Shown one piece after another: positions 37,401 to 42,137 of a stretch of DNA of 42,137 nucleotides. How positions within the stretch are numbered: the first letter of the stretch is position 1; the number at the start of each line of letters is the position of its first letter. Below the pieces are notes generated by a model. It made no database searches. It was not told the origin of the DNA and saw only the letters and a program-made list of their open reading frames with translations. The position numbers and the translations under genes were made by a program. This DNA is from Sphaeroforma arctica JP610 (taxonomy: Eukaryota): contig NW_014040394.1 in NCBI RefSeq assembly GCF_001186125.1, positions 86,761-128,897 on the forward strand. The letters run 5' to 3'.

Positions 37401-39339
37401 TCCTGTTAGTTACATGGCACTTTATCTGCACTTGTAAACAATCCTTCTAGTTAAATGACGCTTTATTTATACTGGCATGTGATGGCTATAAACAATCCTG
37501 TTAGTGAAATGGCAGTTTATTTGTACTTGCAGGTGATGGATATATGCGAGCAGTTGTGAATCGCTGCGGCTGGGCGGGCCTCATAGTATTCCTGCGCAAA
37601 GAAATAAGGCCCCTGATTAGACGGGCAAATACCCAGCAAGTGACCCTTGGCTTCAACAATCTACTGGTATGGCCTCCGTCCCAGAATAGGTGACGGTGCA
37701 TCGGATACTGCACTATTCGGAACGAATGTGTTGATAAGCCCCACCCCTTGGCAGATGTCTCTATCCTGTGATTGATATCGCACACCCTTCGCAAGTTATC
37801 ACTTGCAGTAGCAGTACAAGCATTCCAATGCAACACCGCCTGTGGAACAAGGGGCAGCTCAATTGTATACCTACCCCCTCCAACTAGTTATCATGCTTGT
37901 CTTAGTGGAAGCAACCACCTTCATCTCGTGATCTCAGCTGTGGTATCTATATGTATCTGAACGTTGTATTCTCAAACATTTCTTCTATTTCCTTTGCGCT
38001 GGAAATGGACATCCATACTACAGGGAAACAAGAGTGGCATCGCCACGAGATTCGAGTTGGTCAACGGCCAATCTTTCACACTGGTAACAGCCCACTTTGC
38101 AGGTGGGTGTGGCACAAGTCTTTGTTAAGGCCCTTGTGGCTACCTATGGGCAGTGTACGCCCTTATTTAAACGGAGATAGGGGATTGCACTACTTTACAT
38201 AATCCTGTACAGTCTATCCACAATTCACATCCCTTGTGAAACCCATGCATATGTACAGGGATGTAGACATGATATATAAATTCAAGTTTCAATAGTGCGA
38301 TATGTATGGATGTGCATGTGCGGGGTTGATGTACACGCATATGTATGTATAGGTATATTCAGATACAATTCTTTTATGTACCTCATGAGCTGTCCTAGTC
38401 ACAAGTTGAACTACACGAACCTAAATTATGAGATGTGTACAAATCAGTCTGTAGGCGTGGACAGATCTCTCCTTCCGGGTGTGTTCTTCACATGCGCACC
38501 TACTGACCTGCGCACTCTTTGACTGATGAATTGGGAACGTGCCCATGCATGTACATATACTTATGACCAACAGACTCTCCGAAATCCACATTCCCCATCA
38601 CCCCGTCTCCTCACACAGCCCACCAGGACAAAACGTACAAACGCAATGATGACTACAGGCGCTGCTGTCACTACCTGACGTTTGGGTCTTCGGGCAAGCG
38701 AGAGAGTGTGTACTCGCAATCCCATGTGATATGGTTTGGTGATCTCAACTACCGCCTGGAGTGTACGTATTCAATGGTGAAGCGGTGTTTGACTGAGACA
38801 GAGGTAAGCTAGTCCCTACACATGCTTACCCACACACAGATACAGAACTTTATATTTTAGTGATGTAATGAATACGTACCGTTCGCTCCGTGTGCACATT
38901 GCACGTGCTTACGTGAGGGATTCTACGGCGGATGGGTCTCAGGACCTTGCACCAATCGGATGCACCTGCACAATAGGACTATATAGTCACCTGAACGACA
39001 GGAGTATATAGTTACTTGAACGATAGGACTATATAGTCACCTGAACGACAGAAGAATATAGTTACTAAGACGATTGGACTATATAGTCACCTGAACGACA
39101 GGAGTATATACTTACTCGAACGATAGGACTATTTAGTCCCCTGAACGACAGGAGTATATAGTTACTTGAACGATAGGACTATATAGTCCCCTGAACGACA
39201 GGAGTATATAGTTACTTGAACATAAGACTATATAGTCATATACCTTCGTCAGCTGCTGCACCGCCGCATGAAGATGCCTGACTACTACAACACACTGCAA
39301 TCCAAATCCCACTCCTAGTTTCATGAATGAGCATCAGGG

Positions 39340-39375
<36 letters not shown>

Positions 39376-39525
39376 CCCACTCTATTGGTACGTATTTCGT
39401 TTTACCTTTTTTTTTAACTTTAAACTTTATTTATTTNNNNNNNNNNNNNNNNNNNNAACTACGACAACTACCTAACCTACCTACCTACCTTACGTTTACT
39501 TATAGTAGTAGAGACATCTAGGTAG

Positions 39526-39556
<31 letters not shown>

Positions 39557-40887
39557 AGCCCCATCATTGGCATTGCCTTTTTTTTTATAATCTATTTATT
39601 GTGGTGGGCTGATGGAGTGGCATGTCTTGTAACGCAATCGCACAAGCAGCGCAGACTCCACAAGACGAATCCACACGCCAAGATCTCGTTGGTGTGCAGG
39701 AATTCAACGCGTATCAATGCAACGCGTAGAATCTTAACATACGCACACAACAACTCAGGGTATACGTTTACGTTTGCACATGTTCTAGATGCAGGCACAG
39801 GCATCACGCGTAGTTACCTATGATCACTCCCTCCTCTCAGATCGCCTCGCAAAAGTCGCTGAACAAACTATTGGCAACGGACCAACTCAACGACGTCAGG
39901 ATACGCAGCCTGGCCTTTGGCGGTTTCTCTGAGGCGGAGATCTCCTTCACCCCCACATACAAGTTCATACCAGGCTCAGATACCTATGTGGGTGATCGCA
40001 TCCCCGCCTGGACGGACCGGGTGCTGTACAAGGGCAGGAATATCCGACAATTGTCGTATGTACGACATGCAAGGTACCGGCAGAGCGACCACAAGCCCGT
40101 GAGTGCCAACTTTGTCTTCGCATTACACGCAGATGTGCACCTAAACACTAGAAGTGTACCGGAAATGCCCGGTTTAACACGCGTGTCAACCGCGCCGAAT
40201 GCTGCGGGTGTGGGTGCGGGTAGGCGACGGTATACCGACGGAACGAATACCGGGAGGAATAGCGGGATGATGGATGCTGTACCTACCGGAGACCTGCTGC
40301 ACATATATGGAGGCGAGGAACCAGAGCGATGTCATTCGTACCCGGATACATGTGCTGATAATGCTGACAACAGCTTAACGGTGGATGGTATCGGACAGTT
40401 AGAGGGTAGATCGCGACCCCCGTCCATCAGAAACAGTCAGACGCCCCCACCCAGGCCACCGCCGCCGTACCATGCACCGGAAAGGACTAGTAACGAAGGG
40501 AATAGATCGGACGCCCCGTCAAATACAGGTGGCTCTAATGACGATGCAAGAAAACAAGAATATTATCGAGTGATAGCAGATAGTGCTTCGCCTACGCATG
40601 GGCCGTACAGCAGTCTCCACAGCCTCGATGAGAGACCGGGGAGCAGTAGATCTGGCAGCGGCAATGGACATTTAGCGAGCGGTGAATATAGTGATGACAA
40701 AATAACGCCACGTCATGGGAAAAGTGGTGACGAAATAATCACGCATGGTGTAGCTGGGTTAAATATGGGCACGGTGGCTGTGACCAATAAAGGGGACCTG
40801 ATTGTATTAGATCGCGAAAGGTCGCCGGAGGCCCTGCAGCAGTTCGATCCCTTATATGGTAATTCCAAGCCTAATACTGAAAAATAG
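34456..40887 (+). CDS. Inositol polyphosphate 5-phosphatase (IPPc domain) with a long disordered Pro-rich C-terminal tail, about 555 aa
   Basis: Exons 34456-34577, 36236-36336, 37533-37666, 38024-38102, 38619-38803 and 39841-40887; phases 2,1,0,1,0. Motifs: VVTWNIN, PDVLAFGLQE, GNKSG, AHFAAH, IWFGDLNYRL, DQL, FTPTYKF, PAWTDRVL, SDHKPV. An upstream exon cannot be excluded because a cag lies just 5' of the ATG. Confidence 0.9.
35470..35785. repeat. Degenerate ~23-bp AT-rich minisatellite (tttcttgttattatacttgtatg) in 5-phosphatase intron 1
   Basis: Recurring cttgttatt(a/g)tacttgta units; explains the hydrophobic ORFs at 35399-35865. Confidence 0.85.
35900..36228. repeat. Degenerate ~31-33-bp repeat (aactaa[g/t]tgtgttaaatt...) ending just before the exon-2 acceptor
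   Basis: The aactaagtg/aactaattg motif recurs about every 32 nt up to ctcaccag at 36235. Confidence 0.7.
36315..36901. repeat. 31-bp minisatellite, 19 copies; the first copy spans the exon-2 donor of the 5-phosphatase
   Basis: Unit agaaagatacagttgcatttgg|gtatgcact starts at 36315 and the last copy starts at 36873, exactly 18 x 31 later. Confidence 0.95.
37093..37541. repeat. 54-bp minisatellite with 108-bp dimer structure; the last copy spans the exon-3 acceptor of the 5-phosphatase
   Basis: gcag|gtgatgg has AG ending at 37113, 37221, 37329, 37383 and 37532; most intervening monomers carry gcatgtgatgg instead. Confidence 0.92.
38973..39238. repeat. 50-bp minisatellite (two diverged 25-bp halves), about 5 copies, mid-intron
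   Basis: ataggactatatagtcacctgaacgacaggagtatatagttacttgaacg recurs at 38973, 39023, 39073, 39123 and 39173. Confidence 0.93.
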
Positions 40888-41313
40888 CTTCCTCGTGATA
40901 AATCAATTGGATCGAGGTCTCCTCGGCTTTCGCAATGCAGCCATTGCGGTCTAGGACTGCACGACTTCGTAACAGTACTTGCTGTAACGTGACATGCACG
41001 AGCGTGTGGTAACTGCAAGTGTCTGTATTTCACGCAGAGTACGAAGAGAACGGTTCCCTCATGATATATTAATTGAATCTAGGTCTCGTCGGCTTTTCTA
41101 TGTGTGTGATAGGTGTTGTTCTGATTCAATTCCTTGTATTGTACTTGCGTTTAATGGGAGAGGTAGTACCAGCACCAGTACTAACCCAAGGCTTCAATTC
41201 ATGAAAGTGAAGAGTTAATGTGGCCTGTCGCTATTGAGTGCGTTACAGTTTGCAGGCGGTTGCGTGAGGCACCACCAACCACTAGCATGTCTCCGCTATC
41301 GTTGGACTGCTAG

Positions 41314-41982
41314 TCAGAGTATGCTTAACAATGAATGATTTACGACAGACCAGAAGCAACCCATGTTTTCCTTCTCCTCCTCTACCATAACTCTGAATAG
41401 GATTTCACGAATAACAAGACAGAAACAACCCGTTGGTACATTTCGCTCCTATCATAGGTTCAGTATACACTATGAGCGCCATTTAACTTGCTCCTACCTA
41501 CCACTCTGGTATCGTTAAGTACAACCTCCAAGCCTAATCCTATCATAGGTTTATTATACACTATGAGCGCCATCTAACTTGCTCCTACCCACCACTCTGG
41601 TATCGTAAAGTACAAGCTCCAAGCCTCATCCTGTCATAGGTTTATTATACACTATGAGTGCCATCTAACTTGCTCCTACCTACCACTCTGGTATTGTTAA
41701 GTACAACCTCCAGGCCTCATCCTATCATAGGTTATACACTATGAGCACCATCTAACTTGCTCCTACCTACAACTCTGGTATCGTTAAGTACAACCTCCAA
41801 GCCTCCTGTATATCATCCTCCTCCATAACCCTGCCCACGGTGAAGTCGCGCATAATCTTCTGGTACGCCAGGATGGGTAGAGACTGGCGAATGATATCGA
41901 GAGAGGGGTCTAATGAACGGCCTATGCCTTCAATCACCACAATCCCCATCACAAGCGCAGTGTAGTTGGCCTCAATCATCAC
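41314..41982 (-). CDS. ABC1/UbiB atypical kinase, ADCK2-like; 3' end only, gene continues beyond the window
   Basis: Exon 41982-41795 reads VMIEANYTALVMGIVVIEGIGRSLDPSLDII, like the ADCK2-type xLESNFxxxxxxIxVLEGLGRSLDP motif. A probable last exon 41392-41314 (ttcag|A GTT ATG...TGA) adds RVMVEEEKENMGCFWSVVNHSLLSIL*. Unspliced read-through would stop at 41767. Confidence 0.75.
41446..41808. repeat. ~91-bp tandem repeat, 4 copies, overlapping the end of the ABC1 kinase exon
   Basis: tacaa[c/g]ctcca[a/g]gcct recurs at 41520, 41611, 41702 and 41789 (periods 91, 91, 87). Confidence 0.93.
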
Positions 41983-42137
41983 CTGGTACGAAGAAAAATA
42001 GAAGCTTAGCTGGATAGATACTCCGCCTGATCATGCACGCACTTTAAAAGCTATGCTTTTATGAGTGCGATTTTTGGCGAACATATATGTAGCTGCGCAT
42101 ATACATATACATATACATGTACATATGCATATATACA

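Overview
Intron-rich, AT/microsatellite-rich eukaryotic DNA. The gene set and intron style suggest a unicellular holozoan, possibly an ichthyosporean (inference). Most short ORFs in the track are spurious. Assembling GT-AG exons by hand, with phases checked, gives eight genes: (1) the 3' end of an MT-A70-family gene (+, 644-2476); (2) a small predicted secreted protein (-, ~2660-3545); (3) a six-exon, 489-aa fusion of the mitochondrial import receptor Tom20 with a MYND/SET/post-SET (SMYD-type) methyltransferase module (-, 6595-12040); (4) an AGGF1-like coiled-coil/OCRE/FHA/G-patch gene (+, 14844-21708); (5) an intron-poor RAI1/DXO-like PD-(D/E)XK nuclease (+, 23184-24567); (6) WDR12/Ytm1 (+, 26583-31143); (7) an inositol polyphosphate 5-phosphatase (+, 34456-40887); (8) the 3' end of an ADCK2-like ABC1 kinase (-, 41314-41982). 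Two observations stand out. One is the Tom20-SMYD fusion. The other is a recurring pattern in which intronic tandem repeats are amplified copies of the exon-intron junction itself (five cases in three genes), where every decoy site checked leads to an early in-frame stop. Four 20-N assembly gaps lie in or near TA-rich tracts. Family assignments come from recalled motifs, not database searches.
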